A DNA stretch of 64,000 nucleotides, from positions 265,856 to 329,855 of the forward strand of contig CAWEBP010000002.1 in the NCBI GenBank assembly GCA_963807375.1. Reading direction: 5' to 3'. Under the pieces are notes generated by a model. The model searched no databases. It was not told the DNA's origin and saw only the letters and a list, made by a program, of their open reading frames with translations. Made by a program: the position numbers and the translations under genes. Shown in pieces: positions 45,099 to 55,116 of this stretch. This stretch comes from an uncultured Gammaproteobacteria bacterium (GTDB lineage: Bacteria; Pseudomonadota; Gammaproteobacteria; Nevskiales; Nevskiaceae). Position 1 is the stretch's first letter; every line of letters starts with the position of its first letter.

Positions 45099-45100
45099 CC

Positions 45101-46807
45101 CTACAGTTTATAGAGGAAGGTCGGTCCGGGATGCTCGCGGCCATCGTCAAAACCGATTTCCTGCGCGATCAGCGCATTGGTTTTTGCGTTCAGGGCCATC
45201 AGCAGATCTTTTGCGGCTTCCGGGCGCGCGGCGAGATTGGTGATTTCGTCGGGATCGGCCTGCGTGTCGTACAGCTCCAGCTGGTTGTACTTGACCAGCG
45301 TGTCCCAATCCTGCGGCACGTGATGCTGCGAAGGCTTGAAATAGCGCGCGAACTTGTAACGGCCGTCGTGCACGCCGCGGAACAGCCCCGGGTTGTCGCG
45401 GCTGGGCCCGAGCTGGCCTGTCTTGATCGACGCTTGCAGCAGTCCGCTCAGCGAAGCCCCGCCGGATTCCATCACCGATCTGGCGAAAGCGGGGTCAATG
45501 TAGAGCGTGGTGTTGTAGTCGAACAGAATGCCGCGCTGGTCGCGCGCACCGCGCGCCTTGGCGTTGGCTATGGCCGGCGATAAATCCACGCCTTTGAGCT
45601 CCGGGTAGCGCTCCGCCAGGGTTTTTGCGTCGACGCCGGCGTAACCGAGCAGCGTCGGCACGAAATCCACGGCACCGGACAGCGCTTCGGTGTCGCCAGA
45701 ATTTTTTGCGTCTGGATGTACGGCGATGTGTGAAACGCGGACGTTTTCCTTGTACATATGCGGGCCTTTCTGGCGCAGCCGGTGGGCGCCGGCCATTTCG
45801 CCATGGTCCGAGGTGAATACCACAATGGTTTCTTCGGCCAGGCCGCTGGTTTCGAGTGCGCGCAGCACCGCCAGCAGATTCTGATCGGCATCGCGCACGC
45901 AGTTGAAGTAATAGCTCTGGTAACGCCGCCAGCGCTGTTCGTCGTCCGGCGCCATCTCGCCGTAGACCATGTTGCAGAACTCCACGTAGGAGGTCTGCGA
46001 CCACGGCTTGCCCTTGAGGTCATCCTTGTAATAGCTCGCGGGCAACGGCAGATCCCAGTCTTTCAGGTACACGCCCTCGCGCGGTGGCGCTGATAACGGC
46101 GCGAGATAGTCGGGAGAGATGCGGGATTTGGTCTGCGCACCGTCGAGGTCATCGAAATACATGACGTCGTGCGGATTGGTGAAATTGACGGCAAGAAACC
46201 ACGGCTGTTTGCCGGACATCGCCTTGCCCTTGGTCGCCAACCAATTGGCGGCGCTGGACGCGGTCTGCGGATCGAACTTGTAGCCGGTCCAGGTGATGCC
46301 GTGCGGATCCCCGTCATCGTTGTAGTCTGAAAACCCAAACGGCTCGAGCACGTCGCGTGTCGACGGGTAAGGGCCGTAGCCAAGATTGGCGCCATCGGGA
46401 ATGTGCGACAGATGCCATTTGCCCTTGTAGGCCGAGTAATACCCCTGCTCGCGCAGGAGGTGGCCGATGGTCTTGATCTTGGCCATCTCCACGAACGGCG
46501 GCGCACCGTGGTTGCTGGTCATGTGCGTGAGTTGCGTGTGCTGGCCGGTATAAATGGTCGAGCGCGACGGCGAGCAGGGCGTGGTGTGGACGTGATGATT
46601 GCGGAATCCCCGGCCGCGCTCCAGCAGCCATTCGTGGCCGGGCAGCTTCACCTCGCGCGGAAAATCCAGCCAGTGCCGCTCCTGATCAGTGACGATGAAC
46701 AGGATGTTGGGACGTTTGCGGCTGAGCAGCGCCGGCGCCTTGCCGAAGACGGGCAGCGAAGCCGCCGCCAACGCGGCGCCTGCCTTGAGCAACTGTCTGC
46801 GCTTCAT
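45101..46807 (-). CDS. Tat-exported sulfatase (formylglycine-dependent arylsulfatase family)
   Basis: Twin-arginine leader MKRRQLLKAGAALAAA. NILFIVTDQ. Cys-type FGly motif CSPSRSTIYTG. FTSDHGE. Confidence 0.9.
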   Translation of the reverse strand: MKRRQLLKAGAALAAASLPVFGKAPALLSRKRPNILFIVTDQERHWLDFPREVKLPGHEWLLERGRGFRNHHVHTTPCSPSRSTIYTGQHTQLTHMTSNHGAPPFVEMAKIKTIGHLLREQGYYSAYKGKWHLSHIPDGANLGYGPYPSTRDVLEPFGFSDYNDDGDPHGITWTGYKFDPQTASSAANWLATKGKAMSGKQPWFLAVNFTNPHDVMYFDDLDGAQTKSRISPDYLAPLSAPPREGVYLKDWDLPLPASYYKDDLKGKPWSQTSYVEFCNMVYGEMAPDDEQRWRRYQSYYFNCVRDADQNLLAVLRALETSGLAEETIVVFTSDHGEMAGAHRLRQKGPHMYKENVRVSHIAVHPDAKNSGDTEALSGAVDFVPTLLGYAGVDAKTLAERYPELKGVDLSPAIANAKARGARDQRGILFDYNTTLYIDPAFARSVMESGGASLSGLLQASIKTGQLGPSRDNPGLFRGVHDGRYKFARYFKPSQHHVPQDWDTLVKYNQLELYDTQADPDEITNLAARPEAAKDLLMALNAKTNALIAQEIGFDDGREHPGPTFLYKL

Positions 46808-46814
46808 ATTCCCC

Positions 46815-46937
46815 CTACCCGCTTAGTGCACTTTTTTGCATTCCAGCAGTTCCACTCGAAAAGCAGTGGTACTAAATATGTACCACCGTTTATTACGGCT
46901 GCCGTCATTCTGCCTCCGCAGGCCCTCAAGCGGGTGC
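46815..46937. repeat. 123-bp intergenic element, copy E
   Basis: CTACCCGCTTAG ... GTGGTAC-TAAATAT-GTACCACC ... TCAAGCGGGTGC. Begins 7 nt upstream of the sulfatase ATG (46807). Confidence 0.85.
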
Positions 46938-46942
46938 CCCCC

Positions 46943-46975
46943 AAAGAAAAACGGCGCCGAAAAGGCGCCGTTTTA
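46943..46975 (-). terminator. rho-independent terminator after the DUF1329 gene (hairpin also usable on the + strand)
   Basis: Plus strand aaagaaaaaCGGCGCC-gaaaa-GGCGCCGtttta. Read on the minus strand, the stem is followed by TTTTTCTTT. Confidence 0.7.
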
Positions 46976-46990
46976 TCGTTCGTAAACCGC

Positions 46991-48343
46991 TTATTTGGTT
47001 GACAGCTTGCTGACGTTGGCCGGATCGTAATACTCGAGGGGGAACTCCTTGTCCTCGTAGAGCGGCTCTTCGTTGGACAGGTCCATCACCAGGTAGCGGC
47101 TGGACTGCAGGTCGTAAATCGCCGCGGCGACCGGCACGAAGCGTTTCTCCCAGTTCTGCGACACGTTGTGCGATTCGTGGATGCGCCAGAGTTCCTTGCG
47201 GCGGTCGTAGATGTCCGAGTGCAGGATGGTCCACGTGTCTTCGTCGACGTAGAACGTGCGGCGTGCATACAGGTGGCTGACGCCGGGCTTGAGTTCCGCT
47301 TCGACGATCCACACGCGGTGCTTTTCGTAGCGCGCCAGATTCTGGTCAATATGACCTTTCTTGGCGATATCGGAATACTTGAGCTTGTCCTGCGCCAGCA
47401 TCACGGCGTTGTACGGAAAGATCATTTCCTTCTTGCCGATCACCTTCCAGGTGTAGCGGTCGGTGGCGCCGTTGAAGACGTCAAACTGATCATTGGTGCG
47501 CAGGCCGTCGGAGCCGGTGCCGGGGTTGTCGTAACCCACGTTGGGCGCGCGGCGCAGTCGCCGCTGGCCGGGGTTGTAGAGCCAGGCGCGGCGCGGCTCC
47601 TTGACCTGGTCCATGGTCTCGTGGACCAGCAACACGTTGCCCGACAGGCGCGCCGGCGAGGTGGTGATCTGCATGAAGTAGATCAGCGTGTTGTTGAGAT
47701 CCGCAGGCTTCTGGTTGGGATAGCTGTACTGCAAGCGCACGTCTTCGCGCAGTTTCACCGGCTGGAAATCGCCGCTGGTCTGCACCGCCAGCTGGGTGTT
47801 GTAGCGCTTGGTGCCCGTGCCGCGAAATCGTACTTTGTGGTTCCAGATGATCTCGAGCCCGGATTTTGGGATCGGAAACGGGATGCCGGTGACCGCATTG
47901 ACCAGGCTGTCGCCGTTGTTGCCAAGCTCTGCCTCCACCGCGCACTTCTTGGTCGCCTCGTAGTAGAAGTCCGGGTAAACCGACGAACGCTCGGTTTCGT
48001 AGACGTTCATCTTGTAGGTGGGAAAACGTTTGAGCATGGTCTGGTGACCGACGCTGAGCTTGTCCGCGTACTCAGCCAGATTGGCCGCGGTGATGGTGTA
48101 CAACGGCTTGTCGCCCGCAATTTCGGGGAAGCTCTCCAGCGAGCGCTCCTTGCCTTTGGCCGGCGCGGGCTGCTTGGAGCCGCCGGTGTAGGCCGGAATG
48201 CTGCCGTCCTTGTTGGCGGCGGCTTCGGCGCCCGTCAGCGTCAGGTCCTTGCCCAAACGTGCGGCTTCTTCGGGGCTGACCTTGGCCTGAACCGCAGCCG
48301 AACTCATAACGATCAGGACAATTGCAGCCATTTTCATGTTCAT
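46991..48343 (-). CDS. DUF1329-family (outer-membrane lipoprotein-sorting, LolA-like) secreted protein
   Basis: Signal peptide MNMKMAAIVLIVMSSAAVQA. KDLTLTGAEAAANKDGSIPAYTGG is typical of DUF1329. The ATG at 48343 lies 9 nt after GGAGGAG, whereas the longest ORF starts at a TTG at 48361. Confidence 0.8.
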   Translation of the reverse strand: MNMKMAAIVLIVMSSAAVQAKVSPEEAARLGKDLTLTGAEAAANKDGSIPAYTGGSKQPAPAKGKERSLESFPEIAGDKPLYTITAANLAEYADKLSVGHQTMLKRFPTYKMNVYETERSSVYPDFYYEATKKCAVEAELGNNGDSLVNAVTGIPFPIPKSGLEIIWNHKVRFRGTGTKRYNTQLAVQTSGDFQPVKLREDVRLQYSYPNQKPADLNNTLIYFMQITTSPARLSGNVLLVHETMDQVKEPRRAWLYNPGQRRLRRAPNVGYDNPGTGSDGLRTNDQFDVFNGATDRYTWKVIGKKEMIFPYNAVMLAQDKLKYSDIAKKGHIDQNLARYEKHRVWIVEAELKPGVSHLYARRTFYVDEDTWTILHSDIYDRRKELWRIHESHNVSQNWEKRFVPVAAAIYDLQSSRYLVMDLSNEEPLYEDKEFPLEYYDPANVSKLSTK

Positions 48344-48373
48344 TTCTTTAGTCTCCTCCAAGACCGCGGCAGT

Positions 48374-49270
48374 CTACCGCAGTGGTGTCGTTTTGATGCT
48401 GTCGGGTGATTGAGAACCTTGGTCGCTGTACACGTACTTGTTGACGAACTGCGCAATCTGCTGCAACACATCCGCAAAACTTCGCAGTGGCGCGCCCAGC
48501 ACGCCGACGATGCGTGTGTGCGACAGCTCGCGGTAATAGACGGTTTCGAAGCGTCCGCCGGCCTTTTGCACGGCGCGCGCGAGGTTGCGCGTGTTTTTAA
48601 CCCACACCACTTCGTCGTCTTCGCCGTGCATCAACAGCAGCGGCGGGTTGCTGCCGTCGACGAAATTGATCGGCTGTGACTGGTCGAATTTTTCCGGCGG
48701 GCCGAAGATATCGCGCATGTCGGGGTCGGTGATCGGCATGAAGTCGTACGGCCCCGCCAGGCCGATCATGCCCCGCAGCCATTGACGGCTGCCGCCCACC
48801 TCTTTCAGGTAAGACTCATTCAGCGCCAGCATGGCGGCGGTATGGGCGCCGGACGAGTAGCCCATTACGAACAACTTATTGGGGTCACCGCCGTAGCGGC
48901 CCACCGTGTTGCGCGTCCACTTCACGGCGCGCGCGGCGTCCTGCATGAAGTCGGTAAAGCGGGCATTGGGGTATTGGCGCACGTTGGGGATCACCACGAT
49001 GAAGCCTTGCGTAGATAACGCTTCACCGACGAATTCGTTGTCCTGCTTGTCGCCGATGGTCCAGCGGCCACCGTAGAAATACACCACGACCGGCGCGCCC
49101 TGGACCCCGTCGGGCTGATAAATGTCGGCCCGCAGGTCGCGCGTTTCGTCGTAGATCAGGTTGCGTGCCACCTGGTAACCCGATGACGGCGTCAGGGCAT
49201 TGAGCACCCCGGCTCCGGTGCAGGAGGCCAAGAAAGGAGCGGCGATCAGCAGCGCGACGAGTCGTTTCAC
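48374..49270 (-). CDS. alpha/beta-hydrolase lipoprotein (esterase/lipase type)
   Basis: Lipobox FLAS-C. VVVYFYGGRW oxyanion region, nucleophile elbow GYSSGAH, HGEDDEVV. Confidence 0.75.
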   Translation of the reverse strand: MKRLVALLIAAPFLASCTGAGVLNALTPSSGYQVARNLIYDETRDLRADIYQPDGVQGAPVVVYFYGGRWTIGDKQDNEFVGEALSTQGFIVVIPNVRQYPNARFTDFMQDAARAVKWTRNTVGRYGGDPNKLFVMGYSSGAHTAAMLALNESYLKEVGGSRQWLRGMIGLAGPYDFMPITDPDMRDIFGPPEKFDQSQPINFVDGSNPPLLLMHGEDDEVVWVKNTRNLARAVQKAGGRFETVYYRELSHTRIVGVLGAPLRSFADVLQQIAQFVNKYVYSDQGSQSPDSIKTTPLR

Positions 49271-49354
49271 GAAGGGATCCGGGAGCGAGGAAGATGAGGC
49301 ATTTTAAGCGTCTAGATACTAGACTGCGGAAACATCCATAGAGTTCCGGGGGGA

Positions 49355-49930
49355 ATGGGCATGGTTACTGCAATTGTCGCCGCTGTACTGGTCGTGGTGC
49401 TGCTCTACGGCGTGGTCATCTACAACGGCCTGGTGTCACTCAAGCACGCCGTGACCAAGGCGTGGAGCAACATCGACGTGCTGCTCAAACAGCGTCACGA
49501 CGAGTTGCCCAAGCTGATCGAAACCTGCCGGCAGTACATGCAGTTTGAAAAAGAAGCCCTGGAGCGCGTGATGAGCGCTCGGTCCTCCGCCAATACGGCG
49601 CGCGTCGCGGGGGATGTCAAAGGCGTGGGTGCCGCCGAAGGCCTGATGCGCATGGGCCTGGGCAACATCACCGCCACGGTCGAGGCTTATCCCGAGCTCA
49701 AAGCCAACCAGTCGCTGATGCAGTTGATGGGCCGCATCACCGGCCTGGAAAACAGCATTTCGGACCGGCGCGAGTTCTATAACGAGAGCGTCAACGTCAA
49801 CAACGTGCGCATCGAGCAGTTTCCAGACGTGATCGTCGCGCGCCTCCTGGCGTTCAAGCCGGCGGACCTGCTCCAATTCACCGAAGACGAAAAGAAGGAC
49901 GTCGACGCCAAGGCACTCTGGCGCAGCTAG
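49355..49930 (+). CDS. lemA: LemA family membrane protein
   Basis: 191 aa. N-terminal TM then YNGLVSLKHAVTKAWSNIDVLLKQRHDELPKLIE..YPELKAN..RREFYNESV. Confidence 0.9.
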   Translation: MGMVTAIVAAVLVVVLLYGVVIYNGLVSLKHAVTKAWSNIDVLLKQRHDELPKLIETCRQYMQFEKEALERVMSARSSANTARVAGDVKGVGAAEGLMRMGLGNITATVEAYPELKANQSLMQLMGRITGLENSISDRREFYNESVNVNNVRIEQFPDVIVARLLAFKPADLLQFTEDEKKDVDAKALWRS

Positions 49931-49940
49931 GCCCTTTAAG

Positions 49941-50837
49941 TTGGCGCAAGAGGAAATCTGGTTCGCACTGGGCCTGTCGCTGCTGGGTCTGGTCGGCGGC
50001 ATGGTCTGGGGCACCGTCGCATTGCGCCGCGCGCGGCTGATTGAGGACACGCCCACATCGCGCCTGCGTTCAGCGCCGCAGGGTTACGTCGAACTCGAAG
50101 GCACCGCGCGGCTGATGCCCGGCGCCGATATCATCGCGCCGCTGTCGCGTATGCATTGTGTGTGGTGGAACTTCACCGTCTGCCGCAAGGAAACCGACAG
50201 CCGCGGCCGCAGTTCGTGGCGCACCTACAACGCCGGCCGCAGCGACGACCTGTTTTTGCTCGACGATGGCGACGGCACCTGCATCGTCGACAACGACGGC
50301 GCTGGCGTCACGCCCGCGCTGAAATTCCGCTGGTACGGCAACGGGCCCACGCCCGACCGCGGCCCCAAGGCGGGGGGCGGTTTTCTGCGTTCCACCTTCT
50401 GCAAGTACCGCTACGACGAACAGCTGATTCCCATCAGCGCGCCGGTTTACGCGATCGGCTGGTTCTGCACCGAACGCAACGAAGCCGGCCCAATCGAGGA
50501 GTCTGCCGCCGTGCGTGAACTGCTGGCGGAGTGGAAGCAGGACAAGCGCAAAATGAAACTGTTCGACACCAACAAGGACGGCGACCTGGATCTGAAGGAG
50601 TGGGAAGCCGCGCGGCGCGTGGCCCTGCAGCAGGTGCGCAAGCAAGCGCTGGAGCGCGCGCTCGACCCGGACTTCAACGTGCTGCGCAAGCCGCCGGACG
50701 GACGCCCTTACCTGATCTCTGCCATCGGCCAGAAAAAAACCATCCATCGCCTGCTCTGGCAGAGCGGCTTTTCATATGCGCTGGCCGTGGCATCGAGCGC
50801 GGCGGCGGTGCTGATCTGGAGCCAGATTTCGATCTAG
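49941..50837 (+). CDS. GIDE-domain membrane protein with an embedded EF-hand calcium-binding loop
   Basis: TTG start. N-terminal TM then RLIEDTPTSRLRSAPQGYVELEG (GIDE signature). Canonical EF loop DTNKDGDLDLKE. C-terminal TM. Immediately downstream of lemA. Confidence 0.65.
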   Translation: MAQEEIWFALGLSLLGLVGGMVWGTVALRRARLIEDTPTSRLRSAPQGYVELEGTARLMPGADIIAPLSRMHCVWWNFTVCRKETDSRGRSSWRTYNAGRSDDLFLLDDGDGTCIVDNDGAGVTPALKFRWYGNGPTPDRGPKAGGGFLRSTFCKYRYDEQLIPISAPVYAIGWFCTERNEAGPIEESAAVRELLAEWKQDKRKMKLFDTNKDGDLDLKEWEAARRVALQQVRKQALERALDPDFNVLRKPPDGRPYLISAIGQKKTIHRLLWQSGFSYALAVASSAAAVLIWSQISI

Positions 50838-50858
50838 CTGTGGTTTAATCCGCGCCCC

Positions 50859-52902
50859 ATGCTTGCGCCACTTCCCGATTTCCGGTCACTGAACCCCGCC
50901 GACGTCGCCTCGCGACTGGACGCGGTGCTCGCCCAGAACCGCGCCGAGCTGAAGGCATTGCTCACGCAAAAAAGCCATTCCTGGGAAACTCTGATTGAGC
51001 CGCTGGAGGACATGGGCGAGCGCCTGACGCGCGTCTGGGGCCCGGTGTCGCACCTGTTCGGGGTATGGAGCACGCCCGAGTGGCGCGCGGCCTACAACGC
51101 GGGGCTGCCCAAAGTCACTGAATACTCGGTCGAGGTTTCGCAGAACGAAGACTTGTTCCGCGCCTACGAATCGCTGTCGAAAAGCACCGCGTTTGCCGGC
51201 TACTCGCCGGCGCGCAAGAAAGTCGTGAACGACGCGCTGCGCGACTTCAAGCTGTCCGGCATCGCGCTGCCGCCCGCAGAGAAGGCCCGCTACAAGGAAA
51301 TTTCGCTGCGCCTGTCCGAATTGCAGTCGAAGTTTGAAGAAAACCTGATGGACTGCACCCAGGCTTGGTCGAAGCTCGTGACTCACGAGCCGGAGCTTGC
51401 GGGCATGACCGAAGCGGCAAAAACCGCGGCGCGCGAAAAGGCCAAGGCGAAAAACCTCGGCGGCTCGCGTGACGGCGTCCCTGCCGGCTCGCCGCACTCG
51501 GGCGTCCTGTCCATCGAGGGTTGGCTGCTGACGCTCGACTTTCCCAGCTACGACGCGGTCATCAGCAAATCAAGCAACCGCGAACTGCGACGCGAGCTGT
51601 ACGAGGCATATTCCACGCGCGCTTCCGACACCGGTCCGCATGAGCGCAAATTCGATAACAGCGCCCTGATGTCGGAAATTCTCGCGCTGCGCTTTGAGCT
51701 GGCGCGGCTGCTGGGCTTTGGCAGCTTCAGCGAACTGTCGCTCGCCACCAAGATGGCCGACACACCCGCCGAAGTGGACACTTTTCTGCGCGAACTGGCG
51801 CATAAGGCGCGGCCGCGCGCAAAAGCCGAACTCGCGGAACTGCGCATCTAGCCAGGCCGACCTGCAAGCCTGGGACTTGCCCTACTACGCGGAAAAGCTA
51901 CGCGAAAAGACGCTCGGGTTGTCGGACGAAATGCTGCGCCCGTATTTTCCCTTTCCGCAGGTGCTGCGCGGCATGTTCGATCTGGTGCAGCGGCTTTATG
52001 ACGTGCGCATCGAAGCCGTGGGCGGCATCGCCACATGGCACGACGACGTCACCACCTATGCACTTAAACACGCCGACGGTGAAACCTTTGGCCTGTTTTA
52101 TCTGGATCCCTACGCACGGCCCCAGACAAAACGCGGCGGCGCGTGGATGGACGAATGTCTCGGCCGGCGACGCACGGTTTCCGGAACGCAGTCTCCGGTC
52201 GCCTACCTTGTCTGCAATTTCACCCCGCCCGCATCCGGTGAACCCGCGCTGCTCACGCACGACGAAGTGCTGACCCTGTTCCACGAATTCGGCCATGGCC
52301 TGCACCACCTGCTGACGCGCGTGGACGAATCCGCGGTGTCCGGCATCCGTGGCGTGGAATGGGATGCGGTCGAGCTGCCGAGCCAGTTCATGGAGAACTG
52401 GTGCTACGAACCGGACACGCTGAAACTTTTTGCGCGTCACTGGCAGACCGGCGCGCCGATGCCGGACGCCATGATCGAGCAGCTGCGCGCCGACCGGCAG
52501 TTTCAGTCCGGGCTGGCGACGTTGCGCCAGGTCGAGTTCTCGCTGTTCGATTTGCGCCTGCATAGCCAGGCCAAACCCGATGTGCGCCAGATTCTGAGTG
52601 AGGTGCGGCGCGAAGTCGCCGTGCTGCATCCGCCCGAATTCAACCGCATGCCCTGGAGTTTTTCGCACATCTTCGCCGGCGGTTACGCCGCCGGTTACTA
52701 CAGCTACAAATGGGCCGAAGTACTGTCGTCGGATGCGTTCGCCGCATTCGAGGAGACGAAATTCGCACCGGAAACCGGCGTGCGCTTTCGCGACACCATC
52801 CTCGCCGCCGGCGGTTCGCGGCCCGCGATGGAAAGCTTCATCGCATTTCGTGGCCGCAAGCCGCAGATCGAGCCGCTGCTGAGACATTCCGGGCTGCTGT
52901 AA
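50859..52902 (+). pseudogene. prlC: oligopeptidase A (M3 family), one frameshift near 51840
   Basis: ORF 50859-51851 carries the N-terminal half. ORF 51694-52902 carries DLQAWDLPYYAEKLRE.., zinc site LFHEFGHGLHH, and GGYAAGYYSYKWAEVL. Confidence 0.9.
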
Positions 52903-52937
52903 ACACCACCCGTAAGCCGCCAATCGGCGTTGTAGTT

Positions 52938-52986
52938 TTGCGCCGATTTGCCGACGGATCCCGGTCACACGCAGCGTGTAGTGGGC
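52938..52986. repeat. GC-rich companion hairpin repeat, copy 3
   Basis: TTTGCGCCGATTTGCCGACGGATCCCGGTCACACGCAGCGTGTAGTGGG. The inner stem ACACGC-A-GCGTGT replaces the GCGCGC-A-GCGCGC of copy 1. Abuts element copy F. Confidence 0.65.
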
Positions 52987-52987
52987 C

Positions 52988-53110
52988 CCACCCGCTTGGA
53001 CCCGATCAAAGCCGCATTCGATGGAAAATGAAAAAGAGACGGTACATTTTTAGTACCACCTGCTTTTCAGATAGAGCCCATCGAAGCCAGAAATGACCTC
53101 GAGCGGGTTT
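52988..53110. repeat. 123-bp intergenic element, copy F
   Basis: CCACCCGCTTGG ... CGGTAC-ATTTTTA-GTACCACC ... TCGAGCGGGTTT. Confidence 0.85.
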
Positions 53111-53184
53111 CACTAAAAAACATTGCGAACGTCGTCTGTCGGCCAAAAGCATTCACTCACAATGGGCCGCTTTCTGCCGCCCGC

Positions 53185-54096
53185 CTAATAGGCTCTTTTG
53201 ATCTGTTCCGGCTCAGGAAGATCGAGCACGAAAAGCCTGACGTTGTACGGACTGTTGGCCCCGACGGCGTTGCCTGAAGCAATCCATTCGGTAGCGCCGT
53301 CGGCGACGGAGGTAAGGAACAAGGAGCCGATGCCCGGACATACCCCTTGGACGGCGGAACGCCCGCCCGTCAAATCAATTCTCCCGGCGCCCTGCGAACC
53401 GGAGCAGGGCGGAATTGCCTGAGTCACGCTGCCAAAGGCTGATCCCGGAAGTGTGGCGTGTGAAAAGTAATCGACGCCCGCGACGACCGGCAAGTCGCCG
53501 ATCTGCGCCCCGGCCTCAGAAGTTTCGCGCGCGGATAAAAATCGCCAATTCCAACTATCGGGTTGCCGCAATTCCCATCCGGTGGCGTCGAAATCGTAAG
53601 ATATTTCTACCCCGGCGGGATACTGCAAGGTCACTAAGAAACGGTTATCAACGTCGGGGCCCCCGCTGTCATCTGCATAGGTGACGGATATCGCAAGCAC
53701 CGTCCGAGTCACCTCGCATACGCTTGCGGACGAGCAGGTATCAATCGTTTGTTCACCGACCCACGCCCTCGGGTAATCCGTCTCCGCAAAGATCTGGGCT
53801 CCGAGGCCAGTGGCCGCTTCAACCTTTCCTGTTTCGTCTGTGCGCAGAAGGGTGACGGCATGGAATACATCGTTGAAACCGTCTGCTCCGCGCGCACCGC
53901 CAATACCCAAACCCAACGCGAACTTTGCTGCGGCCGCAGTCGTGCGGACAATCTCAAACGTCTGTCTAACCACTTGTCCTTCTGCCAAGCCGCCACGAAC
54001 GGCCCTGGCATCAACCGACGACAACGCTGGCAACGATGAATTGCAGGAAACCAGAAAAACAATGGATAGAAGCGCAGGCGCGATTTGCAATATCAC
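53185..54096 (-). CDS. hypothetical lipoprotein, no recognisable domain
   Basis: 303-aa ORF with lipobox FLVS-C. More A/T-rich than its surroundings. Confidence 0.55.
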   Translation of the reverse strand: MILQIAPALLSIVFLVSCNSSLPALSSVDARAVRGGLAEGQVVRQTFEIVRTTAAAAKFALGLGIGGARGADGFNDVFHAVTLLRTDETGKVEAATGLGAQIFAETDYPRAWVGEQTIDTCSSASVCEVTRTVLAISVTYADDSGGPDVDNRFLVTLQYPAGVEISYDFDATGWELRQPDSWNWRFLSARETSEAGAQIGDLPVVAGVDYFSHATLPGSAFGSVTQAIPPCSGSQGAGRIDLTGGRSAVQGVCPGIGSLFLTSVADGATEWIASGNAVGANSPYNVRLFVLDLPEPEQIKRAY

Positions 54097-54217
54097 AGAC
54101 GGGTTCGATTGCCTTGCATGAACGTTGTATTCAGATTTTATGCTGTGTCGCGAGCGATCGCTTTAGGAAATCGCGAGTGACGGCATCGAGTCTTATGCGG
54201 GCCTACAAGCAAAATAA

Positions 54218-55114
54218 TCAGGCGGGTGAGCGTTCCAGCATCTTCGCAATCCGCCGGTCCTTGTCTTCCCACAATTCGCGCACCCAATCCTGGAAGCGCT
54301 GGCGGAACGCAGGATCGTTTTCGTAGCTGCCATGGAAAAACTCCGGCGGAATCTGCAACTGCCGCACTTCCACCATCACATAGCGCATGCGGCCACATAA
54401 GAAATCCCAGAAGCCCTTGGCGCCTTCGGGGTAGACGATGGTCACATCCAGCAGCGAGCTGAGTTTTTCACCCATCGCTGACACCACGAACGCGAAGCCG
54501 CCGGCCTTTGGCTTTAGCAGATGCTTGTACGGCGACTGCTGGCGCGCATGCTTGGCGGCGGTAAAGCGCGTGCCTTCGAGGAAATTGAGAATCGTCACCG
54601 GCAGCGTGGCGTAGCGCTCGCAGGCGATGCGCGTGGTCGCCAGGTCCTTGCCCTTGAGTTCGGGGTTCTTTTCGATCTGCTCTTTGCTGTAGCGCTTCAT
54701 GAACGGGTAATCGAGCCCCCACCAGGCCAGCCCCAGCACCGGCACCCAGATCAGCTCCTGCTTGAGAAAGAACTTGAAGAACGGCGCGCGCCGGCCAAAC
54801 GCCTTCATCAGGACAAAAATGTCGTTCCAGGTCTGGTGATTGGAGCAAACCAGGTACTGGCCTTCGGGCTTGAGCACGTCGGTGCCACGAATGTCCCAGC
54901 GCGTACCATGGACCGCGTCGCTGAAAGCCACATTGATGCCGGCCCAAGTCTGGCCCATCGAGGCCATGGCGCGCGACACCGCGTCGCGTAGCCGTCCGCG
55001 CGTGAGGTACTTGACCGGCGTCAGCAGGTAGATCGGCGTCGCCCAGAAAATCGTGTTGAGGATCAGCAGCATCAGACGGATGCTGCCGAGCAGCGGCGCA
55101 GGAAGATGTTTCAT
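54218..55114 (-). CDS. PlsC-type acyltransferase (YihG-like)
   Basis: 298 aa. N-terminal TM, H(X)4D motif CSNHQTWND, FLEGTRFT. Confidence 0.8.
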   Translation of the reverse strand: MKHLPAPLLGSIRLMLLILNTIFWATPIYLLTPVKYLTRGRLRDAVSRAMASMGQTWAGINVAFSDAVHGTRWDIRGTDVLKPEGQYLVCSNHQTWNDIFVLMKAFGRRAPFFKFFLKQELIWVPVLGLAWWGLDYPFMKRYSKEQIEKNPELKGKDLATTRIACERYATLPVTILNFLEGTRFTAAKHARQQSPYKHLLKPKAGGFAFVVSAMGEKLSSLLDVTIVYPEGAKGFWDFLCGRMRYVMVEVRQLQIPPEFFHGSYENDPAFRQRFQDWVRELWEDKDRRIAKMLERSPA

Positions 55115-55116
55115 CG

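Noticed and set aside
54218-54232. TCAGGCGGGTGAGCG at the 3' end of the acyltransferase gene resembles an element terminus (TCAAGCGGGTGG), and the adjacent 121-bp spacer is element-sized
   Set aside because: There is no GGTAC-N7-GTACC core and no matching opposite terminus in 54097-54217. A single 10-12-nt resemblance inside a GC-rich coding end can arise by chance.
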